From NCBI GenBank assembly GCA_017441925.1, contig JAFRUE010000016.1, positions 5,269 through 69,268 on the forward strand: a DNA stretch of 64,000 nt, written 5' to 3'. Below, in pieces: positions 19,906 to 29,052 of this stretch. Both the position numbers and the translations under genes were made by a program. How positions within the stretch are numbered: position 1 is the first letter of the stretch; every line of letters begins with the position of its first letter. A model generated the notes under the pieces. It worked only from the letters and a program-made list of their open reading frames with translations. It had not been told where the DNA came from and ran no database searches. The DNA is from Bacillota bacterium (GTDB lineage: Bacteria > Bacillota > Clostridia > Lachnospirales > Bianqueaceae).

Positions 19906-20332
19906 TTTCTACCGGGAGATCATCAACGATCACAACCTGCGCCCTTCCCATAAACGTCCCCTTGCGGACGCGGATCTGGAGCTGCGCGGCGTGAATCCGA
20001 GCTGCGGCGATGACATTACGCTGCGGCTTAAAGTATCCGACGGGATCATTACCGACGGAGCGTACACCGGGGATGGATGTGCGATCTCCCAGGCCTCTGC
20101 CGATATCATGCTCGATCTGATCATCGGCAAAGACGTCGGGACAGCCAAACGGCTGTATGATATTTTCTCCCGGATGATCACCGGATCGATCACGGAAGAA
20201 GAGCTCGATGAACTCGAAGAAGCAGGCGCTCTGATCGATGTGTCCCATATGCCGGCACGTGTCAAATGTGCAGTACTCGGATGGCGCACGATGAACATGC
20301 TGCTTGACGATGTTTCTCCGTCAAATACTTGA
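19895..20332 (+). CDS. sufU: SUF system scaffold/sulfur-transfer protein SufU
   Basis: NPSCGDDI, GDGCAIS and RVKCAVL motifs (three Cys ligands). 145 aa. Confidence 0.9.
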   Translation: MPNSFYREIINDHNLRPSHKRPLADADLELRGVNPSCGDDITLRLKVSDGIITDGAYTGDGCAISQASADIMLDLIIGKDVGTAKRLYDIFSRMITGSITEEELDELEEAGALIDVSHMPARVKCAVLGWRTMNMLLDDVSPSNT

Positions 20333-20388
20333 CAAAATACACGGTTTCCCTTATTATCTGTGTAGTCTTTGATTATTCCTGCACAGAT
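20329..20388 (+). promoter_or_regulatory. promoter plus inverted repeat upstream of the Rrf2 regulator gene
   Basis: TTGACA (20329-20334, overlapping the sufU stop), 17-nt spacer, TATTAT (20352-20357). Inverted repeat ATCTGTGTAG (20356-20365) / CTGCACAGAT (20379-20388). Confidence 0.45.
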
Positions 20389-20410
20389 TAACATTTAGGA
20401 AGGATTCATT

Positions 20411-20842
20411 ATGATGATTTCGACACGCGGACGTTATGCCATTCGGATGATGATGGATCTCGCGGAGAACCAGGGGGATTGTTATGTATCCCTTAAGGAT
20501 ATCGCCGCGCGGCAGGATATTTCAAAAAAGTACCTCGAACAGATCATTCCTCTGCTGAACCAGGCTGATCTGACCAGAACCTGCCGCGGTTCGCAGGGAG
20601 GCTACAGGCTCTCCCGTCCCGCCAAGGAATATACTCTCCTCGAGATCCTGCAGGCAACAGAGACCAGTATAGCTCCTGTTACCTGCCTGGAATATGAGGA
20701 GAATACATGCCCGCGCAGTGCGGACTGCCCGACCCTGCCCGTATGGCAGGGGCTCAACCAGGTCGTGCGGGAATATCTCGCCGGCATCACACTTCAGGAT
20801 GTAATCGACGATAACGTTCCGGATCCGCCCAAGCCTCTTTAA
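20411..20842 (+). CDS. Rrf2 family transcriptional regulator (IscR/SufR-like, Cys-containing)
   Basis: MMISTRGRYAIRMMMDLA, a wHTH, and a CLEYEENTCPRSADCP three-Cys cluster motif. Confidence 0.9.
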   Translation: MMISTRGRYAIRMMMDLAENQGDCYVSLKDIAARQDISKKYLEQIIPLLNQADLTRTCRGSQGGYRLSRPAKEYTLLEILQATETSIAPVTCLEYEENTCPRSADCPTLPVWQGLNQVVREYLAGITLQDVIDDNVPDPPKPL

Positions 20843-20964
20843 CCGATCCGGAGACGACGCCTGCGGCAACGGAACTCCAGCCGCATGGCGGAACGGTACG
20901 TTTTCGCCGTTTTCCGGCTGCAGGCCGGAGGACAACACTGTGCCCGAAAGGAGTTCATCCAGTC

Positions 20965-22896
20965 ATGAAAAAGAAAACAACGAAGACCCTGTCACTCATG
21001 CTTTGCATCTGCCTGCTTCTGGTCTGCTGCTCCTGCATCAGTCCGGATAAAGAGGCCGATGCCGGCAGCTCCGTTCCCAAGGAGGAATCCGCTCCAGGCG
21101 AATCTTCCTCTGAGGCTTCCGCCAAGCCGGAAGAATCCTCTGAGGCCAGCTCCGGGAGTGATACTGTTCCCGCCGAACCGGACGCGGATACGGCTATGAG
21201 CAATTTCGTCGCAAAGCTTGACGCCGGCAATTATGTGATCGATCATGAGGATTCCGTCAAAACGACGGTCTTCTCTCCTGAAAGGATCTTCTTTACTGAG
21301 GATAACGATTCATCTTCTTCCATCAATCTCGGATATGTAACGCTTGATAACGAGACATTCCTGGTAGAACTGAACGACATCAGCGACGTCGAATTCGTCG
21401 CGCCCGGCAATGCGATCGAAGCGCTGGGATCCATTCTTCCCAACGACTGGTACGCATACAGCGGCGAGAATATGTTCAACCTGTTCTACAACAACGTCGA
21501 TAATCCGCTTGAATTCACCTCCAATGACGAGGCTGTAAAGCTGACCCTGCTCCGGCTCGGCGGGTACAGTGAACAGGCGGTTTCCGTTATGGAAGAAGTC
21601 CATATGCTGCTTGACGCGGAGGATCCCTCATCTGTACGTTTCACCGCGGTCATGGGCCAGTACGGCATGATCAAGTACGACGATCTTGATGTAACGCTGC
21701 AGTTCGGCGTAGGTGAGAACGATCCGCGTATCGATAAATGGTTCGCGAATCCGATCTATCCTCCGACAAGGACCGCCTGGACTTGGAACGATGTTGCCGA
21801 CCTGGATCTCGTGTTCGAGAGAGGATACGGTGAAGACGCTGTCCCGTTCCCCGAATTTGCAAGCTATGCTCTGATTTTTGATCCTCATGCGTACGAACAG
21901 CAGACGATCGTCCGGATCATGGACGCTCACGGGACCGAGGCGGACCTGGAAGCATACAAAGCCGCGCTTCTCGCCAAAGGCTATGAAGCTGTAGAGGCAA
22001 CCTTCTCCGACGGCAGCACCGACACTGTTTACCGTCTCCTCTTAAGAGAAGCTTATCACAGCTATGCCGAGCTCTATCCGTACTATGACAACGGCTTTGT
22101 TCTGGAAGGCGGACTGTATTACGACAATCCTGTTTATGAAGGCCTGCCCGCGATCAGCGATGCTGTTGCAAAGAACGGATTCCCGGAGCTTGCGGAAACG
22201 GATCTCTTCAAAGAATGGAAAGCGACAGATACTGCCGCATCGAGAAGCGAAGGCTGGGCGTACTTCTTCGATTATGACCTTCTCATCTCGATGACGCTCG
22301 AATATGATGAGGAGAATGAAGCGGACGCCGTCGCGTATTTTGAAGAGTATTCTGACAGACTTGCGGAAGCCGGTTTCCATTCCGAGTATGTCCCGGAAGA
22401 GATCGGCGGCAAATATGAATCATCGAATGACTTTACATCTTTCAGATACGCGTTCAATGAAGACGGTACCGTATCCGTAGAGTTCAAGAAAGAAAAGAGT
22501 CTTACTCCTGATGAAGTCAAGGCGCTCCTTGCCGAACACGGCATCCCGGTCGCAGACATCCACGGAGATATCGCATGCAGGGATCAGACCCGCTACCGCT
22601 ACATCATCGGAGAATTCAAAGGGATCTTCCTCTTCGTCTACCAGCCGTTTGACACCAGAGAAGAAGCCGAGAGCTTCCTCGACGACTATACCGCTGTTCT
22701 GGATGAAGAAGGATATCTGCCCATGGATCCTCAGAAGCTCGGTTCTCAGAGAACATTCCTTTTCTTCAACGAAGATCTTGGAAAGTATGTCGCATTTGAT
22801 CTGTTCGATGACGGCGACGGCGCGACCGCGGCATTTGAGTTTGTTTCGATCGAACCGGATGAGGAGACCACTCTGCAGAGCGTACTTCGTCATTAA
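20965..22896 (+). CDS. acidic lipoprotein of unknown function
   Basis: Signal peptide with lipobox (LLLVCCSC), Ser/Glu-rich linker, 643 aa, good RBS. I recognise no family. Confidence 0.7.
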   Translation: MKKKTTKTLSLMLCICLLLVCCSCISPDKEADAGSSVPKEESAPGESSSEASAKPEESSEASSGSDTVPAEPDADTAMSNFVAKLDAGNYVIDHEDSVKTTVFSPERIFFTEDNDSSSSINLGYVTLDNETFLVELNDISDVEFVAPGNAIEALGSILPNDWYAYSGENMFNLFYNNVDNPLEFTSNDEAVKLTLLRLGGYSEQAVSVMEEVHMLLDAEDPSSVRFTAVMGQYGMIKYDDLDVTLQFGVGENDPRIDKWFANPIYPPTRTAWTWNDVADLDLVFERGYGEDAVPFPEFASYALIFDPHAYEQQTIVRIMDAHGTEADLEAYKAALLAKGYEAVEATFSDGSTDTVYRLLLREAYHSYAELYPYYDNGFVLEGGLYYDNPVYEGLPAISDAVAKNGFPELAETDLFKEWKATDTAASRSEGWAYFFDYDLLISMTLEYDEENEADAVAYFEEYSDRLAEAGFHSEYVPEEIGGKYESSNDFTSFRYAFNEDGTVSVEFKKEKSLTPDEVKALLAEHGIPVADIHGDIACRDQTRYRYIIGEFKGIFLFVYQPFDTREEAESFLDDYTAVLDEEGYLPMDPQKLGSQRTFLFFNEDLGKYVAFDLFDDGDGATAAFEFVSIEPDEETTLQSVLRH

Positions 22897-22904
22897 GTCA
22901 TACA

Positions 22905-22941
22905 GAGAGCAGGAGCCGGACCATCTCCCCCTGCTCTTTTC
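22905..22941 (+). terminator. intrinsic terminator after the lipoprotein gene
   Basis: GAGCAGG...CCTGCTC stem followed by TTTT. Confidence 0.6.
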
Positions 22942-22977
22942 TTCCTGATTGCAGCATGAAGCCGGAGGTATAATGAA

Positions 22978-24558
22978 ATGAGTAATGTTATGAACAGTAT
23001 AGCCGTAAGCATCACGCTGTCCGGCAGGATCGATTCCAACAACGCAGCCGAGACCGAAAAAGGCATACTGGCGCAGCTGGAGGGACATAAGAATGCAGCC
23101 GTCATCCTGGACGCTTCTGCGCTCGAGTATATCTCAAGCGCCGGTCTGCGTGTGATCCTGCGTGTGAAGAAGTCTTATCCGGATCTTACGATCAAGGGTG
23201 TCAGCCCGGAGGTCTATGAGATTCTTGATATGACCGGCTTTACCGAAATGATGACAGTGGAAAAAGCCTACCGCGTCGTTTCAGTGGAAGGCTGCGAGGA
23301 GATCGGACGCGGCGCCAACGGTACGATCTACCGGATCGACCAGGACAACGTTGTAAAGGTCTACAACAATGCTGACGCTCTCGAGGATATCCAGCATGAG
23401 CGTGAAGTCGCGAAACTGGCGCTGATTCTGGGTATTCCCACAGCAATCTCTTATGACGTCGTACGCGTCGGCGAGAGCTATGGTTCCGTATTTGAGCTCC
23501 TCAATGCCAAAGCTTTCTCCAACATCCTGGCAAAAGAGCCGGAGAAGATGGACTGGTGCGTGCAGGAATACGTTGAATTGCTCAAGAAGATCCATTCCAC
23601 GCTGGTCCCGGCCGGGAAACTGCCCGACATGAAGGAGACAGCGCTTTCCTGGGCCGCTTTCATGCAGGATTATCTGCCGGAAGAAGCCAGCCGCAAGCTG
23701 CTTGCCCTCGTGCAGGCGGTACCGCATGACGATCACATGATCCACGGTGATTACCATACAAAGAACGTAATGCTGCAGAATGACGAAGTCCTGCTGATCG
23801 ATATGGACACGCTGGCTGTCGGACATCCGGTCTTTGAACTGGCTTCCATGTACAATTCCTTTGTCGGCTACTCTGAAGTGTATCATGATACGATTCTTGG
23901 ATTCCAGGGCTTTGACTATGAGACCGGCCGCGCTTTCTGGCGCAAATCCCTCTCCGCCTATCTCGGCACATCCAATGAGAAGAAAATCCAGGAGGTCGCG
24001 GATAAGGCCCGTGTCATCGGCTATACGCGTATGATCCGCCGATCCATCCGCCGTAAGGGACTGGAGACCGCGGAAGGCCGCGCCGAGATCGAGTACTGGA
24101 AGAGCGAGCTGCTCGCGCTGCTCGAGCATGTCGATACGCTTCTCTTCTCCCGCAATGAGATCGAGGTCGAAGCAGACATCCAGAATCTCCCGGAGGTACA
24201 GGCTTTTGTTGAGACGCATCTGGAAAATGTCGAATGCCCTCCGAAAGCACAGATGCAGATCGGCCTCGCTGTTGAAGAGATCTTCGTAAATATCGCGAAT
24301 TATGCTTACACTCCGGGCAGGGGGAACGCCATTATCCGCGTGGAAGTTTCGGAAGAGCCCGTTGCCGTTACGATCACGTTCCTGGATCACGGCATCCCCT
24401 ATGATCCGCTTGCCAAAACGGATCCCGACGTATCCCTCTCCGCACAGGAACGCGATATCGGCGGTCTTGGCATCTTCCTCGCGAAAAAGACCATGGACGA
24501 CATCAGCTACGAGTATAAAAACGGTCAGAACATTCTGACGCTTAAAAAACAGCTCTGA
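22978..24558 (+). CDS. three-domain protein: STAS (anti-sigma antagonist-like) + APH/protein-kinase-like phosphotransferase + SpoIIAB-like GHKL ATPase
   Basis: aa 1-97 STAS (LEYISSAGLRVIL). The middle domain has a Gly-rich loop GRGANGTIY, VVKVY, HGDYHTKNVML and LIDMDT. The C-terminal domain has N-box EEIFVNIANYA, DHGIPYDP and GGLGIFLAKK. Confidence 0.8.
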   Translation: MSNVMNSIAVSITLSGRIDSNNAAETEKGILAQLEGHKNAAVILDASALEYISSAGLRVILRVKKSYPDLTIKGVSPEVYEILDMTGFTEMMTVEKAYRVVSVEGCEEIGRGANGTIYRIDQDNVVKVYNNADALEDIQHEREVAKLALILGIPTAISYDVVRVGESYGSVFELLNAKAFSNILAKEPEKMDWCVQEYVELLKKIHSTLVPAGKLPDMKETALSWAAFMQDYLPEEASRKLLALVQAVPHDDHMIHGDYHTKNVMLQNDEVLLIDMDTLAVGHPVFELASMYNSFVGYSEVYHDTILGFQGFDYETGRAFWRKSLSAYLGTSNEKKIQEVADKARVIGYTRMIRRSIRRKGLETAEGRAEIEYWKSELLALLEHVDTLLFSRNEIEVEADIQNLPEVQAFVETHLENVECPPKAQMQIGLAVEEIFVNIANYAYTPGRGNAIIRVEVSEEPVAVTITFLDHGIPYDPLAKTDPDVSLSAQERDIGGLGIFLAKKTMDDISYEYKNGQNILTLKKQL

Positions 24559-24581
24559 TCGAGACAAGAAGGAGAATTGCA

Positions 24582-24878
24582 ATGAACATTGAACGTGTCG
24601 TAAACGGTACAGCGCTGACTGTAGCGGTATCCGGAAGACTGGATACCGTTACCGCTCCCGAACTGGAAACATCTCTCGGAGATTCTCTGAAAGGCATTAC
24701 GGACCTGACCTTTGATTTTGCCGAACTGGAGTATATCTCTTCGGCGGGTCTGCGCGTGCTGCTCTCCACCCAGAAGATCATGAACAGCCAGGGAAGCATG
24801 AAGATCATTCACGCAAACGAGGCCATTAAGGATATTTTCGAAGTAACCGGCTTTGTCGACATCATGACGATCGAGTAA
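24582..24878 (+). CDS. STAS domain protein (anti-sigma factor antagonist, SpoIIAA/RsbV-like)
   Basis: 98 aa. LEYISSAGLRVLL carries the conserved phosphorylatable Ser context. RBS GAAGGAG. Confidence 0.88.
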   Translation: MNIERVVNGTALTVAVSGRLDTVTAPELETSLGDSLKGITDLTFDFAELEYISSAGLRVLLSTQKIMNSQGSMKIIHANEAIKDIFEVTGFVDIMTIE

Positions 24879-24902
24879 GGCCGTGCGGTCCTGATGCATG
24901 CG

Positions 24903-24940
24903 AAAAGGGCTTTCAGCAGATGCTGAAAGCCCTTCTTTAT
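24903..24940. terminator. bidirectional intrinsic terminator
   Basis: AAGGGCTTTCAGC (24905-24917) pairs with GCTGAAAGCCCTT (24922-24934). Flanked by an A-run and a T-rich run, between convergent genes. Confidence 0.75.
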
Positions 24941-24960
24941 TGCCCCTTTACGCACCGGGC

Positions 24961-26163
24961 TCAGTTCCCGCGGCGTTTTCTCATCGACAGGATCAGCAGT
25001 CCCGCAAGCATCAGGACCGGGAAAACAAGTGCCGCTCCGATCCCGCTCCGCAGATTGCCGGATGCGCGCGCCGCCACTTCGCCGGCGAGCGTCGGTCCGC
25101 CGGAACAGCCGACATCTCCCGCAAGCGCGTAGAGCGCGAACATCAGCGTCCCTCCGTTCCGGATCCCGGCAGAACCGAGCGAAAACGTCCCCGGCCAGAA
25201 GATCCCGACCGAGAATCCGGCAAAACCGCATCCAAGCAGAGCGATCACCGGATCCGGCACCAGAACGATCAGAAGATAGGAAGCAATACAGAGCACCGCG
25301 CTCAGCCACATGAAACGGATCAGGTTCATCTTCTGCCCGAATTTGCCGTACAGCACGCGGGAGAGTCCCATCATGACCGAGAAGAACATCGGTCCGAACA
25401 GATCGCCGAGTGTTTTCGTAATGCGCAGGCCTGACTCCGCGAAGGCGGAAGCCCACTGGCTGACAGCCTGTTCGCTGGCGCCTGCGCAGACCATCATCAT
25501 CATGAAAAGCCAGAACGTGCTGCTGCGGAACAGTTCTCCGAGCGTCGCGCCCTTCTCGCCCTCCCCGATCAGCGATGCGATCGGGACTTTTGTGAATGAA
25601 ACAAGATTCACGAGCGGCACGACAGCCCACAGAATCGCCAGGATCCGCCAATTCCGGATCCCTGCAAAATGGAAGAAGACCGTCGAGATCAGAACGACGC
25701 CCACACTGCCCCAACAGTAGAAGGAATGCAGCATGCTCATAGCTTTTTCTTTGTTGTCCGCAGGGCAGGCTTCAACGATCGGGCTGACCAGAACTTCCAG
25801 CAGTCCGCCGCCGACCGCGTAAACGGTTACCGCGATCAGGAGTCCCGTGTAGGGATCCGGCAGGATTGCCGGCAGCACTGCGAGCAGGATCAGGCCCAGC
25901 GCACAGCATGCGTCCGCGAGGATCATCGCCGCCCGATATCCGATCCGGTCCACAAAAAGGCCCGACACCAGATCGACCACAAGCTGCACGCCAAAATTGA
26001 ACGTGATCAGGAAGGTGATCCGGCTGAGCGGAATCCCGAATTCGCTCTGGAACGTCAGAAAAAGCAGCGGCACAAAGTTATTGATGACCGCCTGTACGAT
26101 ATAGCCGACGAAGCATGCATAAACCGTGCTCCGGTAATTCACTTTCTGTACGGATGTGTCCAC
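24961..26163 (-). CDS. MFS transporter
   Basis: 400 aa, 12 predicted TM segments, DRIGYR-type loop motif. Confidence 0.85.
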   Translation of the reverse strand: MDTSVQKVNYRSTVYACFVGYIVQAVINNFVPLLFLTFQSEFGIPLSRITFLITFNFGVQLVVDLVSGLFVDRIGYRAAMILADACCALGLILLAVLPAILPDPYTGLLIAVTVYAVGGGLLEVLVSPIVEACPADNKEKAMSMLHSFYCWGSVGVVLISTVFFHFAGIRNWRILAILWAVVPLVNLVSFTKVPIASLIGEGEKGATLGELFRSSTFWLFMMMMVCAGASEQAVSQWASAFAESGLRITKTLGDLFGPMFFSVMMGLSRVLYGKFGQKMNLIRFMWLSAVLCIASYLLIVLVPDPVIALLGCGFAGFSVGIFWPGTFSLGSAGIRNGGTLMFALYALAGDVGCSGGPTLAGEVAARASGNLRSGIGAALVFPVLMLAGLLILSMRKRRGN

Positions 26164-26230
26164 AAAATCTCCTCCGGTTCTGTCCGGTTCACCGCGGACC
26201 AGCGCGTCTGCCGGGCCATCGCAGCTCTCG

Positions 26231-26950
26231 TCAGCGCAGTTTCCTCGTCAGTGCGGCAAGAACCGCCCGCGGTGTATTCTCTTCTGCCTCGATCGTGTAT
26301 ACGGCTTCATGAATATGCGGCAGATAGTGCGCGTCCGAATCAAAGATCACGTTGCAGTTCTCCAGATACGGATTCTGCTCCCGGACCTTGTGCAATGTCG
26401 AGGGCGAAGCCAGCTCAAAACACTTGAATTTGCTGTCCGGCGGCACGAATCCGAGGTTGCTCATGACGCTTGTCGTGGATTTATCGATATGCGCGGGGAT
26501 CATCACGCCGTTATACTGCTCTGCCAGATCATAGACCTCATCAAAGCTGATATCCGTCGCATTGATCAGCAGATATGGTTCTGTCCCCGCCGGCTCGTCA
26601 TTAAGATCCCGCAGGACCTGCTCGCCGAAGAATTCCGGTCTGTTCGGCACTTTGATCAGGTGTTCATACACATACGCGTCAAAACGAAGCGCGTCTGCAA
26701 GCTCGGCAAAAAGACACAGGACATGGACCTCTTCCTGTGTCGTCAGTTCCATCCCGGGAATCGCCGTGATCCCGTACTGCGCGGCCTGGTGAAGCAGCGC
26801 AGGACAGTTGCGAGACGTATTGTGATCCGTCAGCGCGATCACATTCAGGCCTTTGATATAGGCCATTCCCGCGATATTTGCCGGTGTCATGTCGTCATCT
26901 CCGCAGGGAGACAGGCATGAATGCAGATGCAGATCGTAATACAGTTCCAT
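26231..26950 (-). CDS. PHP domain protein (polymerase/histidinol-phosphatase-like metal hydrolase)
   Basis: YDLHLHSCLSPCG...ALTDHN N-terminal PHP motifs. 239 aa. Confidence 0.85.
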   Translation of the reverse strand: MELYYDLHLHSCLSPCGDDDMTPANIAGMAYIKGLNVIALTDHNTSRNCPALLHQAAQYGITAIPGMELTTQEEVHVLCLFAELADALRFDAYVYEHLIKVPNRPEFFGEQVLRDLNDEPAGTEPYLLINATDISFDEVYDLAEQYNGVMIPAHIDKSTTSVMSNLGFVPPDSKFKCFELASPSTLHKVREQNPYLENCNVIFDSDAHYLPHIHEAVYTIEAEENTPRAVLAALTRKLR

Positions 26951-26973
26951 CTTACAGTGCCGGAATACCTCTC

Positions 26974-27309
26974 TTATGCATCCAGGAGCGCCTGGATCTG
27001 CATGGCAGTCTCAAAGATCGGCTGATCCGTCGCAAAGATCGTAAAGCCCTGCGTCTCAGCCCTCGCGATACCGACCGCGTCCATCTGCGCGCCTTCCGCG
27101 AGCACGATACAGGCCATATCCGTCAGACTCAGAACCGCTAGCGAATTGATATTGCCCATGACCGTGACCCAGGCCGCGTCGGCCTTGCCCCGGCCCATGA
27201 CGACACTCAGAAGATCGCAGCAGAATACGCCGCTGATCTCTCTGTCCGTATCGTCTCCGGCACACACGACCTTAAAGATCCCCTTGTCCGCCAGTTCCCT
27301 GATCGTCAT
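26974..27309 (-). CDS. DRTGG domain protein
   Basis: The start MTIRE... parallels the paralog at 29399. The CDLLSVVMGRGK...VMGNINSLAV pattern is typical of DRTGG. The ATG at 27309 overlaps the end of the upstream gene by 38 nt. Confidence 0.75.
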   Translation of the reverse strand: MTIRELADKGIFKVVCAGDDTDREISGVFCCDLLSVVMGRGKADAAWVTVMGNINSLAVLSLTDMACIVLAEGAQMDAVGIARAETQGFTIFATDQPIFETAMQIQALLDA

Positions 27310-28609
27310 TCTTGTTTTCCTTCCTGTTCTTACGCACATCCAGGAACGACATCTCGTCCGATATGTGCTGGATATACTCTTTCAGAATGTAAATACAGTC
27401 GCTCTCCTTCGCGATGCCCCTGACGATATCCTCTGCCAGCGCACGGCAGCTCGGTGCTCCGCAGCTTCCGCAGTCCATGCCGGGGAAACGCTCCGTCAGC
27501 TCATCGACCTTGCGCATCATGGCGATGCTTTCCTTCAGTGTGCTGCCCAGCTTAAAGACCGGCTCATATTCGATCTCTCGGTTCCAGAAGCCGAGATCCT
27601 CAGGGACCTCGTGGTTCTTGGCGACCGGCAGATACTTGTTCAGCCGTTTCAGCTTGACCCGCGCGACATACGGATTCTCAACAGCCAGGACGCCGCCCAC
27701 GCATCCGCCCATGCAGGCGTTCAGCTCAATGAACTTAAGATTCGTGAATTTCTGGTCTTCCAGATCCTCCAGGACCTTGATCACGTTCTCAATACCGTCA
27801 GCCGCCAGATAATCATCCGTCAGCAGGCCTCCGGCTTCTCCGCCGCTGTTGCCCCAGCCGATGCCGATCCGGCCGGCTTCCGCAAGTTCTTCAGGCTGTT
27901 CCGCTGATTCCGGCATATACGGCAGAAGCAGCGGATACACGTCCTTCATCGCAAGAATCTCATCTACGTCGCAGTGATCAACGGTCAGCGGATACTTGCA
28001 GGAAGACACTTTGGCGGGACAGGGCGAGATGAAGAAGATGCCGATCTTCTCGGACGGCAGGCCTGTATCCTCCATGGCTTTGCGCCGCGCCATGGTCGCC
28101 GCAAGCTCGACCGGAGCTTCCAGCGGCAGCAGCTGGGGGATCAGGTTAGGGAACCGTACGCGGATCAGCTTAACGACTGAAGGGCAGGCTGTGCTGATCA
28201 GCGGCCACTGTTCCGGATGCGCGTCCACATAATCACGCGAAATATGAGAGATGATCTCTGCCGCCGCTCCGACCTCGTGTACAGCGTCAAATCCCATCTT
28301 CCTGAGCGCAGTCAGTACGATATTGGTATCGTCCAGATTGTTGAACTGTCCGTATAAGGACGGAGCCGGCAGCGCGACCGTGTACTCATAGTTCTTCATA
28401 TGCTCGACCGGATCATAGGTCGCGATCTTTGCATGATGCGGGCAGACACGGATACACTGACCGCAGTCAATGCAGTATTCTTTGGTGATCACGGCTTTAC
28501 CGTCCCGTACGCGGATCGCTCCCGTCGGACAACGTTTGATACAGTTCGTGCAGCCTTTGCACGCGTCCCTGTCCAGACGCACTGAGTTTTCGAATTTACC
28601 GTTGCTCAT
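27272..28609 (-). CDS. [FeFe]-hydrogenase-like Fe-S protein (putative sensory HydS-type, no PAS domain)
   Basis: Two ferredoxin-type CxxCxxCxxxCP motifs. H-domain-like motifs STACPS (L1 variant), SPCPAK (L2) and ELNACMGGCVGG (L3). C-terminal CGSCGAPSC cluster motif. Confidence 0.8.
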   Translation of the reverse strand: MSNGKFENSVRLDRDACKGCTNCIKRCPTGAIRVRDGKAVITKEYCIDCGQCIRVCPHHAKIATYDPVEHMKNYEYTVALPAPSLYGQFNNLDDTNIVLTALRKMGFDAVHEVGAAAEIISHISRDYVDAHPEQWPLISTACPSVVKLIRVRFPNLIPQLLPLEAPVELAATMARRKAMEDTGLPSEKIGIFFISPCPAKVSSCKYPLTVDHCDVDEILAMKDVYPLLLPYMPESAEQPEELAEAGRIGIGWGNSGGEAGGLLTDDYLAADGIENVIKVLEDLEDQKFTNLKFIELNACMGGCVGGVLAVENPYVARVKLKRLNKYLPVAKNHEVPEDLGFWNREIEYEPVFKLGSTLKESIAMMRKVDELTERFPGMDCGSCGAPSCRALAEDIVRGIAKESDCIYILKEYIQHISDEMSFLDVRKNRKENKNDDQGTGGQGDL

Positions 28610-28629
28610 AATGCCTCCGTATTAAACGG

Positions 28630-29052
28630 TCAGAAACGGACTTTCATATGTACTGTCGTTCCGACCCCTACTTCCGATTCAATGGAAAACTCATCGGAGT
28701 ATTTCTTCATGTTGGGCAGACCCATGCCCGCTCCGAATCCGAGTCCGCGCACATCTTCCGGCGCGGTGGAGAAACCTGCCTGCATCGCCTGCTCGATGTC
28801 CGCGATGCCGGGGCCGTGATCCTCCAGCAGCATATCCACATCTTCCGGGGTAATCTCTACCGTAATCTGTCCCCCGTGTGCATGGATCACCATATTGATC
28901 TCGCCTTCATACATGCTGATCGCGACTTTGCGGATCGCTTCCGGCGGGATCCCCATCTTTCTCAGCTTTTGCTTGATATCGCTCGAAGCCTCGCCGGCCC
29001 TGGTAAAATCATCGCCGGGAACGTCATATTTCAGTACGATCGCGTCGCTCAT
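28630..29052 (-). CDS. stand-alone GHKL ATPase (anti-sigma regulatory factor/Ser kinase-like)
   Basis: 140 aa. N-box EGEINMVIHA, DHGPGI, GFGAGMGLPNM. Confidence 0.8.
   Translation of the reverse strand: MSDAIVLKYDVPGDDFTRAGEASSDIKQKLRKMGIPPEAIRKVAISMYEGEINMVIHAHGGQITVEITPEDVDMLLEDHGPGIADIEQAMQAGFSTAPEDVRGLGFGAGMGLPNMKKYSDEFSIESEVGVGTTVHMKVRF

Noticed and set aside
24809-25714. 301-aa minus-strand ORF overlapping the MFS transporter gene in another frame.
   Set aside because: Arg/Gly/Asp-rich with no TM segments or motifs. The 24961-26163 frame gives a clean 12-TM MFS protein.
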